Assembly: GCA_963841135.1 (NCBI GenBank)
Contig: CAWJBJ010000004.1
Coordinates: forward strand, 277,306 to 341,305
Source: an uncultured Chloroflexia bacterium
GTDB lineage: Bacteria; Chloroflexota; Limnocylindria; Limnocylindrales; CSP1-4
DNA: 64,000 nucleotides
Direction of reading: 5' to 3'
A program made the translations under genes and the position numbers. The first letter of the stretch is position 1. The number at the start of each line of letters is the position of its first letter. Under the pieces are notes generated by a model that was not told where the DNA came from, did not search any database, and saw only the letters and a list, made by a program, of their open reading frames with translations. Shown piece after piece: positions 10,432 through 19,263 of the stretch.

Positions 10432-10570
10432 ATGCTGTCCCGGTGAAGGAGTCCGAATGAACGGACGCTTCTGCCACGCGCCAAAGGCATCTATCACGTC
10501 GGCTGCACCGACTACCCTGACCCTACCTACCCATGACCTTGACGCTGGGGCAGCGGCTGACTGAGCAGCA
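10397..10570 (-). ncRNA. Putative structured ncRNA or cis-regulatory leader (6S-like architecture)
   Basis: Bounded by a sigma70-like promoter and an intrinsic terminator; 5'/3' closing stem, internal stem and two small hairpins; no meaningful sense ORF. Confidence 0.6.
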
Positions 10571-10575
10571 CCGAT

Positions 10576-10604
10576 ATCCTACCCGTTCAGGGGCCGTTTT
10601 CCAA
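10576..10604 (-). promoter_or_regulatory. Sigma70-type promoter
   Basis: TTGGAA-17 nt-TAGGAT with an AT-rich stretch upstream. Confidence 0.6.
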
Positions 10605-10683
10605 GGGTTTTGGCAGGTCTGACGGTATAAATTCCTTAACCTTGCTTGCGTCACACCGCCTGCGCCCCGTTCCGGGTGGGGCT

Positions 10684-11178
10684 TCAGTCCCCCTCGTGGA
10701 CCGTAACTTTGGTCATGGCGACCGGCTCGTGGGGGAGGTCGCGACCGTCGCGCGGGGCGCTCACGATCTTGTCGACGACGTCGAGGCCGCGGGTCACCTG
10801 CCCGAACAGCGTGTAGCTCTTCGGCAGCTTGCCGGTCAGGTCCGCGTGGATGATGAAGAACTGGCTGCCGTTCGTGTTCGGACCGGCGTTGGCCATCGCC
10901 AGGGCGCCGCGCACGTAGTCGCCCTGGACCGGCTCGTCCTCGAACTTGTAGCCGGGGCCGCCGGTGCCGACGCGTGACTTCTCGAGGGCCGACTTCTTGC
11001 CGTACTGCCCGTCGCCGCCCTGGATGACGAAGCCCGGGATGACCCGATGGAAGATGACGTCGTCGTAGAAGCCCTTCTTGGCGAGGTCGATGAAGTTCTT
11101 CGCCGCCTTCGGGGCACTCTCGTCGTAGAGCTCGACTTCGATGTCGCCGACTTCCGTGGCGATCGTTGCTTTCGTCAT
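10684..11178 (-). CDS. Cyclophilin-type peptidyl-prolyl cis-trans isomerase
   Basis: FHRVIPGFVIQGGD, GPGY, AMANAGPNTNGSQFFI. Confidence 0.95.
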   Translation of the reverse strand: MTKATIATEVGDIEVELYDESAPKAAKNFIDLAKKGFYDDVIFHRVIPGFVIQGGDGQYGKKSALEKSRVGTGGPGYKFEDEPVQGDYVRGALAMANAGPNTNGSQFFIIHADLTGKLPKSYTLFGQVTRGLDVVDKIVSAPRDGRDLPHEPVAMTKVTVHEGD

Positions 11179-11200
11179 GGGCTGGGTTCCTCCTGTCGGG

Positions 11201-11863
11201 CTACGGGGTGGCGACGGTGACCGTGGTCATGGCGACCGGCTCGAGCGCCTCGTTGTTCGGCTCGCCGCTGTTCGGCATGGCCGCGATCGTGTCGACCGTC
11301 TCCATGCCGTCGGTCACGGTGCCGATGATCTGGTAGGTGTTGAACGACGCGAGGGGGCCGGCGGCCTTGTCGTCGAGCACGATGAAGAACTGCGAGCCGA
11401 CGGAGTCGGGATCAGCGGTCCGGGCCATCGCCACGGTGCCGCGCTTGTACAGCGCCGTGACCGGCTCGTCCTTGATCGTGTAGCCGGGGCCGCCGCCGCC
11501 GGTGCCGGTCGGGTCCCCGCCCTGGATGACGAACCCGGGGACCAGGCGATGGAAGACCACGCCCTCGTAGTAGCCGCAGCCCGCAAGAGCGGCGAAATTG
11601 CCCGTCGCGATCGGCGACAGGTCCGCCTCGAGCTTGATCACGATCGAGCCCTTCGCCGTCTCGATCGTCACGGTCCGCGTCTCGCCAGCCTCGAGAGCCG
11701 GCGGCTGCGCTGTGGGACAGGCGGTCGCCGCGTCGCTCGACGGGCTGGCCGCCGGCGTGGGGGTGGACCCGCCGGTCCCGGTCGCCGTGCACGCGCCGAG
11801 GATCGACGCCATCGCGAGGGCGGCGAGGACGCCCGCCAACGGGCGGGGGATGGGACGAGTCAT
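11201..11863 (-). CDS. Lipoprotein cyclophilin-type PPIase
   Basis: Signal peptide with ILGAC lipobox, S/T/P linker, FHRLVPGFVIQGGDP, AMART...SQFFI. Confidence 0.92.
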   Translation of the reverse strand: MTRPIPRPLAGVLAALAMASILGACTATGTGGSTPTPAASPSSDAATACPTAQPPALEAGETRTVTIETAKGSIVIKLEADLSPIATGNFAALAGCGYYEGVVFHRLVPGFVIQGGDPTGTGGGGPGYTIKDEPVTALYKRGTVAMARTADPDSVGSQFFIVLDDKAAGPLASFNTYQIIGTVTDGMETVDTIAAMPNSGEPNNEALEPVAMTTVTVATP

Positions 11864-12564
11864 GCGGCGGCCTCCAGGGCTGCAGGGAAGTCGATGGCCC
11901 CGGAGAGGAGCGCCTCCCCAAGGATCACGCCGGCGACTCCGGCGTCGCGGAGGCGTTGCAGGCCTCCGATGTCGCGGACCCCACCCGCCACGAGGATGTC
12001 GACATCGTACGACCGAATGAGCGACTGCATCCGCTCGAGGTCCGGCGCCGCGCCGCCATGGCTGAGGACGAAGCGGGCGACGCCGGCGCCGACCAGCTCG
12101 CCGACGAGCGCATCGACGGTCGGCGGCGTGGCGCGTCGCCATGGGAAGGCGGCCAGGCGCTCGGGTCGCGGATCGAGCCCGACCGCGAGCCAGTCGCCCG
12201 CGACCGCCAGGCAGTCGCGCAGCTCGTCGGGACGGTCCGCGATGTCCGTGGCCAGCACGACGCGCGTCGCCCCGGCCGCGAACGCGAGTCGGATGCCATC
12301 GGCCGATTCGAGCCCGCCGGCGACCTGGAGCGGCACCGCGATCCGTGCGGCGATGGCGCCGATCGTCCCGAGCTCGGCCGGGCTGCCATTCCTCGCCCCC
12401 GCGAAGTCGACCAGGTGGATGAGGCGGGCGCCCATCGCCACGAACGTCTCCGCGATCCGGTCCGGCCGGTCCGTCGGTGCGCCGATGCCGGCCGCCGCGC
12501 CGGGCCAGTAGACGATCCGCGAGCGCCCGCCCTCGAGGTCGATCGCCGGGATGACCTGCATCAC
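11860..12564 (-). CDS. HisA/HisF-family TIM-barrel protein (atypical HisA)
   Basis: VIPAIDL, HLVD, QVAGG, VAGGV, ILGEAL present; the TDIxRDG loop is absent. Confidence 0.8.
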   Translation of the reverse strand: MMQVIPAIDLEGGRSRIVYWPGAAAGIGAPTDRPDRIAETFVAMGARLIHLVDFAGARNGSPAELGTIGAIAARIAVPLQVAGGLESADGIRLAFAAGATRVVLATDIADRPDELRDCLAVAGDWLAVGLDPRPERLAAFPWRRATPPTVDALVGELVGAGVARFVLSHGGAAPDLERMQSLIRSYDVDILVAGGVRDIGGLQRLRDAGVAGVILGEALLSGAIDFPAALEAAA

Positions 12565-12580
12565 CCGGACGCCATGGCGC

Positions 12581-14269
12581 TCAGCGGCCCTCGCCGGCGA
12601 GGAGGCGGCGGTGGAAGCTGATCGGCAGGGAGCCGTTCCGCAGCAGCGTGTCGTGGAAGCCCTTGATCGAGAAGGCGTCGCCGAGCCGCCGTTGCTCGTC
12701 CGCGCGCAGGCTCAAGAGCAGGGTCCGGCCGAGCAGGTACGAGAGCGGGTAGCTGGGCCGGTAGGTGTACCAGTGAACCTCGGCGCGGGCGTTGCTGCGC
12801 TGGAAGCCGGTGTGCTCGACGAGGAAGTCGGTCGCCTCGTCCGCGGTCAGTTCGCCGCGGTGCATCCGGACGTCGAGGATGATCCGGCAGGCTCGCCAGA
12901 TGGCATCGGTGTGCATGATCACGCGGAAGCGTGCGTCGTCGTCGAAGCCGTGCTCGCGCATCATCAGCTCGCTGTACATGCCCCAGCCCTCGACGAACTC
13001 GGGTGCGTCGGCCATGAGGCGCGTGAGCGAGGGGTGCCGCCGCGCGACGTCGAGCTGGAGATGGTGGCCGGGATAGGCCTCGTGGATGCTCGTGTTGCTG
13101 ATCGAGGCGAAGTTGTGCTCGCGCATCGCCTCCGGGTCGCCGCCGACCGACGGCGTGACGATGTAGATCCCCTTGGCGTCCGCGTCGAAGACCGCCGGCT
13201 GGAAGTACGCGGCGAACGGGATCACGTTGCGCAGGTACTCGGGAGTCGGCACGACATCGATCCGCTCGTCTGACGGCACGGTCACCAGGTCGCGCTCGAT
13301 GAGGTGCTCGCGCGAGCGCAGCATCGCGGTGCGGTAGCCCTCGAGGGCCCCTTCGAAATCGGCCGGTCCGTCCTCCTTGATCGTCCCGAGGACCGTCGCC
13401 TCGCTCGCGTCAGGGTCGATCTCGCGGGCGGCCGCGACGCGTGCCGCCTTCTCGTCGGCGAGCTTCTGCCAGCCGAGCTCGAGGATCGCATCGGCATCGA
13501 GGCCGTCGAACGCCCGATGGGCGACGAGGGCGTCATGACGCTCGCGACCGATCGGCCAGTCGTCCGTGCCGTCGGCGAGGGTGCCCTCCAGCCAGGATCC
13601 GTACAGCTCGACCGCGACCTTGGCGGCCGACGACGCGCGCTCGAGGCGACGCTGCTCGGCCGGGGCCAGGGCCGTCGAGCCCGCGGTCACGAACTCGTCG
13701 AGGAGGGTCGGCAGCTCGCCCGCCGTCTCGATCTCGATCTGCTGCCAGAGCCGGACCTGCGGGACGGTCGCGCGGGTCTTCGACTGCTCGAGGTAGGCGG
13801 GCACGGCCTCGAGCCGCCCGGTGATCGCGGCCAGCCGCTCGGCGAGCGGGGCGTGGTCCCGGGCGAACAGGATGAAGAGCCCGTCCCCGATCCCGTCGAG
13901 GGCGAAGGAGCGTCGCTCCCAGATCCGGAGGACCTCGGGGTCGAAGATCGCCCGGCGCACGTTGTGGAGCTCGAGGTCGCGCTCGAAGGCCGCGGCCGGC
14001 GAGAGGGCGGCGGGATCGATCGCCTCGACCTGCGCCAGGTGTGCGCGATCGTCTGCGATCTCGGCGAGGACGGCGTCACGGCTGCCGTCGCCGAGCCGGT
14101 CGTCCGCGTCGTGGATGCCCAGGAACGTCCCGAGCACGGGTTCGCGCTCGACCATCCGTCGGAAGCGGGCCTCGACGAGGTCGTAGAGCTGCCGATCGGC
14201 GGGCCCGACGTCGGGCGCGTCTGCCGGGCGGGGGAGGTCTCGGTCTTCGAAGCGCGGGGAGTCGGTCAC
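12581..14269 (-). CDS. DUF885 family protein (HExxPGH metallopeptidase-like)
   Basis: HEAYPGHHLQ, EGWGMYSE, WRACRIILD, SYLLG, FHD.LL..GSLP. Confidence 0.88.
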   Translation of the reverse strand: MTDSPRFEDRDLPRPADAPDVGPADRQLYDLVEARFRRMVEREPVLGTFLGIHDADDRLGDGSRDAVLAEIADDRAHLAQVEAIDPAALSPAAAFERDLELHNVRRAIFDPEVLRIWERRSFALDGIGDGLFILFARDHAPLAERLAAITGRLEAVPAYLEQSKTRATVPQVRLWQQIEIETAGELPTLLDEFVTAGSTALAPAEQRRLERASSAAKVAVELYGSWLEGTLADGTDDWPIGRERHDALVAHRAFDGLDADAILELGWQKLADEKAARVAAAREIDPDASEATVLGTIKEDGPADFEGALEGYRTAMLRSREHLIERDLVTVPSDERIDVVPTPEYLRNVIPFAAYFQPAVFDADAKGIYIVTPSVGGDPEAMREHNFASISNTSIHEAYPGHHLQLDVARRHPSLTRLMADAPEFVEGWGMYSELMMREHGFDDDARFRVIMHTDAIWRACRIILDVRMHRGELTADEATDFLVEHTGFQRSNARAEVHWYTYRPSYPLSYLLGRTLLLSLRADEQRRLGDAFSIKGFHDTLLRNGSLPISFHRRLLAGEGR

Positions 14270-14369
14270 AGAAGTCCTCAGGTTGTGGCGGGACGACGGC
14301 TGTCGCCCGGCGTGTGGCTTCATCGCGGGTAGGGGTTCTTCCGGCTCGACGCGGTGGCCGGCGCGTGAG

Positions 14370-15503
14370 TCAGGCGGAGGCGCCGACGGGATCGGGCGCG
14401 ACCGGCTTCGGGTCGGTCTCGGCCAATGCCGCGCGCGTGGCGGCGATGGTCGACTCGATGTCCTCCGCGGTCACACCGTAATGCGTCACGGCGCGGACCT
14501 GTCCGTGCGGATACTCCACCATCACGACGTTCCGTGCTCGCAACGCGGCGAGGAAGGCTGCGCGGTCCCGCGCGACCTTGAAGACCACGAAGTTGGTTCG
14601 CACGCGCGCGGGGTCCAGCGGGCCGGGCGTCGGCTGCGTCGTCCCACCCGCGGACTCGATGCCGGGGAGCTCCGCGAGGGCCTCGGCGAGGCGACGGGCG
14701 TTCGCGTGATCCTCGGCCAGCCGATCGATCATCCCGTCGGGTCCGTCCGAGAGGGCCACGAGCCCCGCCGCCGCGAGGATCCCGACCTGGCGCATCCCGC
14801 CACCGACGAGCTTGCGCGCCCGGTGCGCTCGACGGATGAACTCCCGCGATCCCACCACGACCGATCCGACGGGGCAGGCGAGGCCCTTGGACAGGCAGAA
14901 CGTGACGCTGTCGGCCGGACCCGACAGGTCCGTGGCCGTGACGCCCGCCTCCCGCTGGCTGACGACGGCATCCCAGAACCGGGCGCCATCGACGTGGAAC
15001 GGGATCCCGTGCCGGTGCGCGATCTCTGCGACGTCGCGCGTGTACGCCGGGGTCAGTGGCTGGCCCATGGAGTGGGCATGCGTGTTCTCGATCGTGATGA
15101 GGCCGGTGATCGGCTCGTGGGCGTCGGTCGGATCGCGGAAGGCGTCCTCGATCGCCGCGAGGTCCATCGTGCCGTCTGGCCGATCCTCGAGCGAGCGGAT
15201 GCTCGTGCCGACGATGACCGCGTGTCCGGCCGCCTCGTCGATGACGATGTGGTGTTCCCGACCGGCGATGGTCTCGGCGCCGCGGGGCAGGTGCGCCATC
15301 TGGGCGACGAGGTTGCCCATCGTGCCGGACGCGACGAAGAGTCCGGCCTCCTTGCCAAGCAGCTCGGCGGCTCGCTCCTCGAGGGCGATGACCGTCGGGT
15401 CGTCGCCGAAGACGTCGTCGCCGACCTCGGCCTCGGACATCGCGCGGCGCATCGCCGGCGAGGGCTTGGTGACGGTGTCGCTGCGCAGATCGATCAGGGA
15501 CAT
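14370..15503 (-). CDS. ltaE: Low-specificity L-threonine aldolase
   Basis: IDLRSDTVT, GDDVFGDDPT, SGTMGN, ENTH, HVDGAR, CLSKGL, GGGMRQ. Confidence 0.93.
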   Translation of the reverse strand: MSLIDLRSDTVTKPSPAMRRAMSEAEVGDDVFGDDPTVIALEERAAELLGKEAGLFVASGTMGNLVAQMAHLPRGAETIAGREHHIVIDEAAGHAVIVGTSIRSLEDRPDGTMDLAAIEDAFRDPTDAHEPITGLITIENTHAHSMGQPLTPAYTRDVAEIAHRHGIPFHVDGARFWDAVVSQREAGVTATDLSGPADSVTFCLSKGLACPVGSVVVGSREFIRRAHRARKLVGGGMRQVGILAAAGLVALSDGPDGMIDRLAEDHANARRLAEALAELPGIESAGGTTQPTPGPLDPARVRTNFVVFKVARDRAAFLAALRARNVVMVEYPHGQVRAVTHYGVTAEDIESTIAATRAALAETDPKPVAPDPVGASA

Positions 15504-15539
15504 GGGCCGCGAGTATAGGTTCTGAGCGATGCCAGGACC

Positions 15540-15641
15540 CTAGTCGCGACGGAGCAGCCAGACCCCCAGGACGACGACCGCGACGACCACGCCTGCGATC
15601 ACGTAGAAGAGTGGCGGGGCCGGCACGATGTACAGATCCAT
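15540..15641 (-). CDS. Small single-TM protein (33 aa)
   Basis: MDLYIVPAPPLFYVIAGVVVAVVVLGVWLLRRD; one hydrophobic helix with a basic tail and GC-rich third positions. Confidence 0.5.
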   Translation of the reverse strand: MDLYIVPAPPLFYVIAGVVVAVVVLGVWLLRRD

Positions 15642-15712
15642 CGCCCCATCCTCGCATGCCGTTTTGGCGACAACCCCACGCTCACCTGCTATGCTCCGCC
15701 CTCGCCGCAACT

Positions 15713-15789
15713 GGACCCGTGGTGTAGCGGCCCAACATGCCAGCCTGTCACGCTGGAGATCGCCGGTTCGAATCCGGTCGGGTCCGCCA
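15713..15789 (+). tRNA. tRNA-Asp(GTC)
   Basis: GGACCCG/CGGGTCC acceptor stem, CCAGC-CTGTCAC-GCTGG anticodon arm, GGTTCGAATCC T-arm, encoded CCA. Confidence 0.97.
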
Positions 15790-15806
15790 ATCCCCCGCAT
15801 TTTCCT

Positions 15807-15842
15807 ACGCCCCGTCCGCCCGCCCGGACGGGGCGTTCCTTA
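15807..15842 (+). terminator. Terminator-like hairpin after tRNA
   Basis: ACGCCCCGTCCG / CGGACGGGGCGT stem followed by TCCTT. Confidence 0.65.
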
Positions 15843-15864
15843 TCTGCCGGGCGGCTGGCCCGCA

Positions 15865-15948
15865 CCAGGGCGGCGTTGTCGGCTGTGCGCGCTCGCTCAC
15901 GCGCCTTGGGGTGCGCTCGCTCTCGTGCTCACCTCCGCCTTGCCCTGG
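15865..15948. repeat. Structured intergenic repeat element, copy A
   Basis: GCGTTGTC.GCTG.GC.CGCTCGCTCACGC...CGCTCGCTCTCGTGCTCAC..CCGCCTT shared with 53287-53400. Confidence 0.7.
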
Positions 15949-16083
15949 CACGGCCCCGCCGCCCGGCGCGGGACGTGGCTCTTCGATAACCTCGGTGCGC
16001 GTGCGTCAGCACACCGTCGATGTGGCCGTTCACGCCTCCGCCTTGCACTGCGACCGGCCCCGCCGCCCGGCATGGGACGTGGC
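15932..16083. repeat. Imperfect direct repeat (48/49 bp; 15932-15979 and 16035-16083)
   Basis: CCTCCGCCTTGC...CGGCCCCGCCGCCCGGC..GGGACGTGGC occurs twice. Confidence 0.8.
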
Positions 16084-16158
16084 ATTTCCTTGGCGGCCGT
16101 TGTCGGCGCCTCAGAGGGCCGAGGCGCCCGATTTGGCGGCTCTGTCACAATCCGGCGC

Positions 16159-17796
16159 GTGAAGCGGGGTCCCACGCTCGTCGTCCTCGGTCTGCTCGCG
16201 CTGGCGGTCGCCTTGCCGGTGTCCGGTGGCCAGCTCGGGTTCGGCGCCGGCCCATCCGCGTCGCCGCGGGCGGTCGTCGTGCCGACGGCCGGCCCGAGCG
16301 GGTCCGGCGTCCCCCTCCCGACGACCGGTTCGGAGCCGACCCCGCCGCCCTCGACGGGTCCACCGTCGACCCCCACGCCGACGATCACCGACATTCCCAT
16401 CGTGCCGGTCACGAGCTTCCGCGCCGCGGTCACCTCGACCTCGAAGAAGGAGGTCGCCGCGGTCCTGGCTGGGACCAGCACCCGCTACGAGGCGCTCGAG
16501 CTCGTCAAGGGCGAGGCGGACGCGATCCTCGCTGCGCTCGGCGCCGAGCGCCCGAGCGACGCGGCCCGCCTCATCGAGGCCAAGGACGCCGCGAAGCTCG
16601 CCAAGGACCTCGGCAAGAACCGCAAGCGCCTGGCCTTCCTGCGAGCCGACGCGATCGGCCCAGGAGTGCGCGCCCTGGCCTGGGGCGGGAAGTCGCTGTT
16701 CGGCGTCGGACGGCTGACCGACACCGCCGACTGGACGCTCCGGGCGCAGCTGCCCGACGCGCCGGCCGGCGAGGCCTTTGACGCCTCGACGACGTGGACC
16801 CTGTTCGCCGGGGGCGACATCATGCTCGACCGCGGCGTCGCCCAGACGCTCAAGATCAAGGGCAAGGGCGCCGACTTCCCGTTCGACGGCGGGACCGCGG
16901 AGATCACGAGCCGCTACTGCTGCTCGTCGTTCGGCTGGAACCTGCCGCGGACCAAGCGGACCGGCGACAAGGGCGCATTCCGCGACCTGGTCGAAGGCGC
17001 GGACATCGCGATCGCGAACTTCGAGAACCCCGCCCCGAACAGCTTTCGCTACCACACGTCGGGGACGGTCTTCTCCGCCGATCCCGGCCTCCTCAAGGGC
17101 CTGGCCAACGCGGGCATCGACTGGGTCGGGCTGGCCAACAATCACATCGGCGACGCCGGCGGCGCGGGCATCACGCAGACCGTCAAGAACCTCAAGAAGA
17201 ACGGGATCCTCTCCGGCGGGGCCGGCAAGAACATCACGGCCGCGCGGACGCCGGCCCTCCTCGATGGCGGTGGGGCAAAGGTCGCGATCCTGGCCTACGA
17301 CACGATCGCCCGGTACTACACGGCCGATGCCGACAGCCCGGGGAGCGCCCGGCTGACCGCGAAGGTCGTCAAGGCGGACGTGAAGAAGGCCCGCGCGGCC
17401 GGCGCCGACGTGGTCATCGTGTTCCCGCACTGGGGGACCGAGTACGACCCGACCCCGTTCGCAGGGCAGCAGGCATTGGCCAGGGCGTCGATCGACGCCG
17501 GCGCCGACATGGTCATCGGCAACCACGCCCACTGGGCGGCCGCGATGGAGGTCTACGAGGGCAAGCCGATCTGGTACGCGCTCGGCAACTTCGTCTTCGA
17601 CCAGACGTGGTCGGAGTTGACGATGGAGGGCATCACCCTCGAGCTCACGTTCCGTGGCGCCGAGCTCGTCCAGGCCCGGATGCGGCCGCACATCATCCTC
17701 GACAAGGCCCAGCCCAACTTCATGGACCCGGCCGGCAGCGGCAAGGTGGTCATGGGCCAGATCTTCGGAGCGTCGAAGGGCATCCTGCCCTGGTAG
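16159..17796 (+). CDS. CapA (PGA_cap) family metallophosphatase-fold protein, exported
   Basis: Signal/TM plus Pro-rich linker; GDIML.R, NFE.P, LANNH, HWGTEY, GNHAH, YALGNFVFDQ. Confidence 0.88.
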   Translation: MKRGPTLVVLGLLALAVALPVSGGQLGFGAGPSASPRAVVVPTAGPSGSGVPLPTTGSEPTPPPSTGPPSTPTPTITDIPIVPVTSFRAAVTSTSKKEVAAVLAGTSTRYEALELVKGEADAILAALGAERPSDAARLIEAKDAAKLAKDLGKNRKRLAFLRADAIGPGVRALAWGGKSLFGVGRLTDTADWTLRAQLPDAPAGEAFDASTTWTLFAGGDIMLDRGVAQTLKIKGKGADFPFDGGTAEITSRYCCSSFGWNLPRTKRTGDKGAFRDLVEGADIAIANFENPAPNSFRYHTSGTVFSADPGLLKGLANAGIDWVGLANNHIGDAGGAGITQTVKNLKKNGILSGGAGKNITAARTPALLDGGGAKVAILAYDTIARYYTADADSPGSARLTAKVVKADVKKARAAGADVVIVFPHWGTEYDPTPFAGQQALARASIDAGADMVIGNHAHWAAAMEVYEGKPIWYALGNFVFDQTWSELTMEGITLELTFRGAELVQARMRPHIILDKAQPNFMDPAGSGKVVMGQIFGASKGILPW

Positions 17797-17803
17797 CGCG
17801 GAC

Positions 17804-18784
17804 CTAGACCACCCCGGCGAACAGGTCCGACTCGGGGATCGCGGACTCGACCGCGGACTCCTTCAGGATGTAGGCCTCGGTCGCCCAGAACTGCCGCCAG
17901 CCGTCGAGCCCGAACTTCATGAACGGGCTGTCGTCGGACATCTGGGTGACGTGCTCGTGGAGCGCCTTCCATTTGCGTTCGACGACGTCCGCGATGTCCA
18001 CCCGCGTCGTGATCGCCTCGTCGGGCACCAGCATCTTGGCCATCCACGCCTCGAACTCCTCGAGCTGCTCGGGCGTGCCGTCCTTCGGCGGCAGCCAGAA
18101 GCTCTCGAGGCCCAGTTCCTCCATCTTCTCGTTCATCGCCTTGCGCACGGACGCCGGGATGGCCTGCTCATAGAGCTTCGATGGCGCCCACGGCGCCAGA
18201 CCGCCCTCCTCGACCGACGGGCCGGTGCCGCCGTGCTCGGGCGCCAGCTGTTCCGGGTACCAGGCCGGGTCGCCGGCGCGCGGGAACGCCCGGACGGCGA
18301 CATCGTGTGTGCGGATGTGGTCGGGATGGCCGTAGCCGCCGAACTCGTTGTAGGTCGTGACGACGTCGGGCTGGTAGCGGCGCATCAGCCACACGAGACG
18401 ACGCGCAGCCTCGTCGAGGTCGGCCTGCCAGAACGCGCGCGGGTCGAGGTTGCCCGTCCGACCCATCATGTCCGAGTCCCGGTAGCCCAGGCTCTCCCAC
18501 TCGGTCACGCCGAGCATGCCCATGGCTCGTTCGAGTTCGCCGGCCCGGATCTCGGCGAGTCGACGGTGGTTGTCGGGCGTGTCCATCGCGGGGACCACGA
18601 TCTCGCCCTGCTCCCCGCGCGTGCAGGTGACCAGGACGACGCGATGCCCGGCGGCCACGGCCTTGGCCATCGTGCCGCCCGTCCCGATCGTCTCGTCATC
18701 GGGGTGGGCATGGACCGTCATCAGCGTCGGCCGATGGGGGGCGGGTGCGGTCGCGGTGGGCTCGGTGGCAGGCTGGTCGGTCAT
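17804..18784 (-). CDS. PIG-L family deacetylase (Mca/MshB-like)
   Basis: VHAHPDDE, TRGEQGE, LGYRDSDM, GGYGHPDHI, H.TQ. Confidence 0.88.
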   Translation of the reverse strand: MTDQPATEPTATAPAPHRPTLMTVHAHPDDETIGTGGTMAKAVAAGHRVVLVTCTRGEQGEIVVPAMDTPDNHRRLAEIRAGELERAMGMLGVTEWESLGYRDSDMMGRTGNLDPRAFWQADLDEAARRLVWLMRRYQPDVVTTYNEFGGYGHPDHIRTHDVAVRAFPRAGDPAWYPEQLAPEHGGTGPSVEEGGLAPWAPSKLYEQAIPASVRKAMNEKMEELGLESFWLPPKDGTPEQLEEFEAWMAKMLVPDEAITTRVDIADVVERKWKALHEHVTQMSDDSPFMKFGLDGWRQFWATEAYILKESAVESAIPESDLFAGVV

Positions 18785-18794
18785 GCCCCTGATG

Positions 18795-19230
18795 CTAGCG
18801 CGGCTCGAGGATGACGACCGGGATGGGCCTCGACGCGCGCTGCCGGTACTCGTCGTAGGTGGGGATGGCCGCCGCGAATCGCTCGTACAGCGGCTCGGCC
18901 TCCTGGGGCGTGGCCATGCCGCGCACGGACCGGACGCACCGACGAGCCGATCTCGACCTCGGCGTCGGGCTGCGCCTGCAGGTTGCGCCACCACTTGGGG
19001 TCCGCATCGTCGCCGCCGTTGGAGGCGACGACCACCAGGTTCGCGCCGTCTTCGAGGTAGTAGAGGCCGTTGCGCCGTGACTGGCCGGTCGTCCGCCCGA
19101 CCGTGTGCAGGAACAGCGTCCGAAGCCGGCCGCCCGACGGGTTCGGGACGGCGAGCCTGCCGCCGGACAGCCGCGAGACCGTGTTGTCGAGGGCCCAGAT
19201 CGCTCGGAAGAACCAGCGCGGCGGGATCAT
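18795..19230 (-). CDS. F420-dependent (Ddn-like) oxidoreductase (frameshift near 18918)
   Basis: L.TVGRTTG..R, VVVASNGG...P.WWRNL, Y..YR..R.IPVVILEP. Confidence 0.85.
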
Positions 19231-19263
19231 GCCGGGAGCATACGCGGCGCTACCATCCGGACG

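Noticed and set aside
10457-10564. 35-aa plus-strand ORF with AAGGAG RBS (possible type I toxin)
   Set aside because: It is not hydrophobic, its codon usage is atypical, and the promoter and terminator point to the minus strand; probably the antisense of the RNA.
7823-10564. Long antisense and alternate-frame ORFs (e.g. 913 aa here, 862 aa at 55346, 640 aa at 21516)
   Set aside because: Shadow ORFs expected at this GC content; low-complexity Arg/Gly/Pro-rich or antisense to well-supported genes.
15865-16083. CRISPR array or integrated element at tRNA-Asp
   Set aside because: Only two degenerate repeats; no cas genes, integrase or att duplication.
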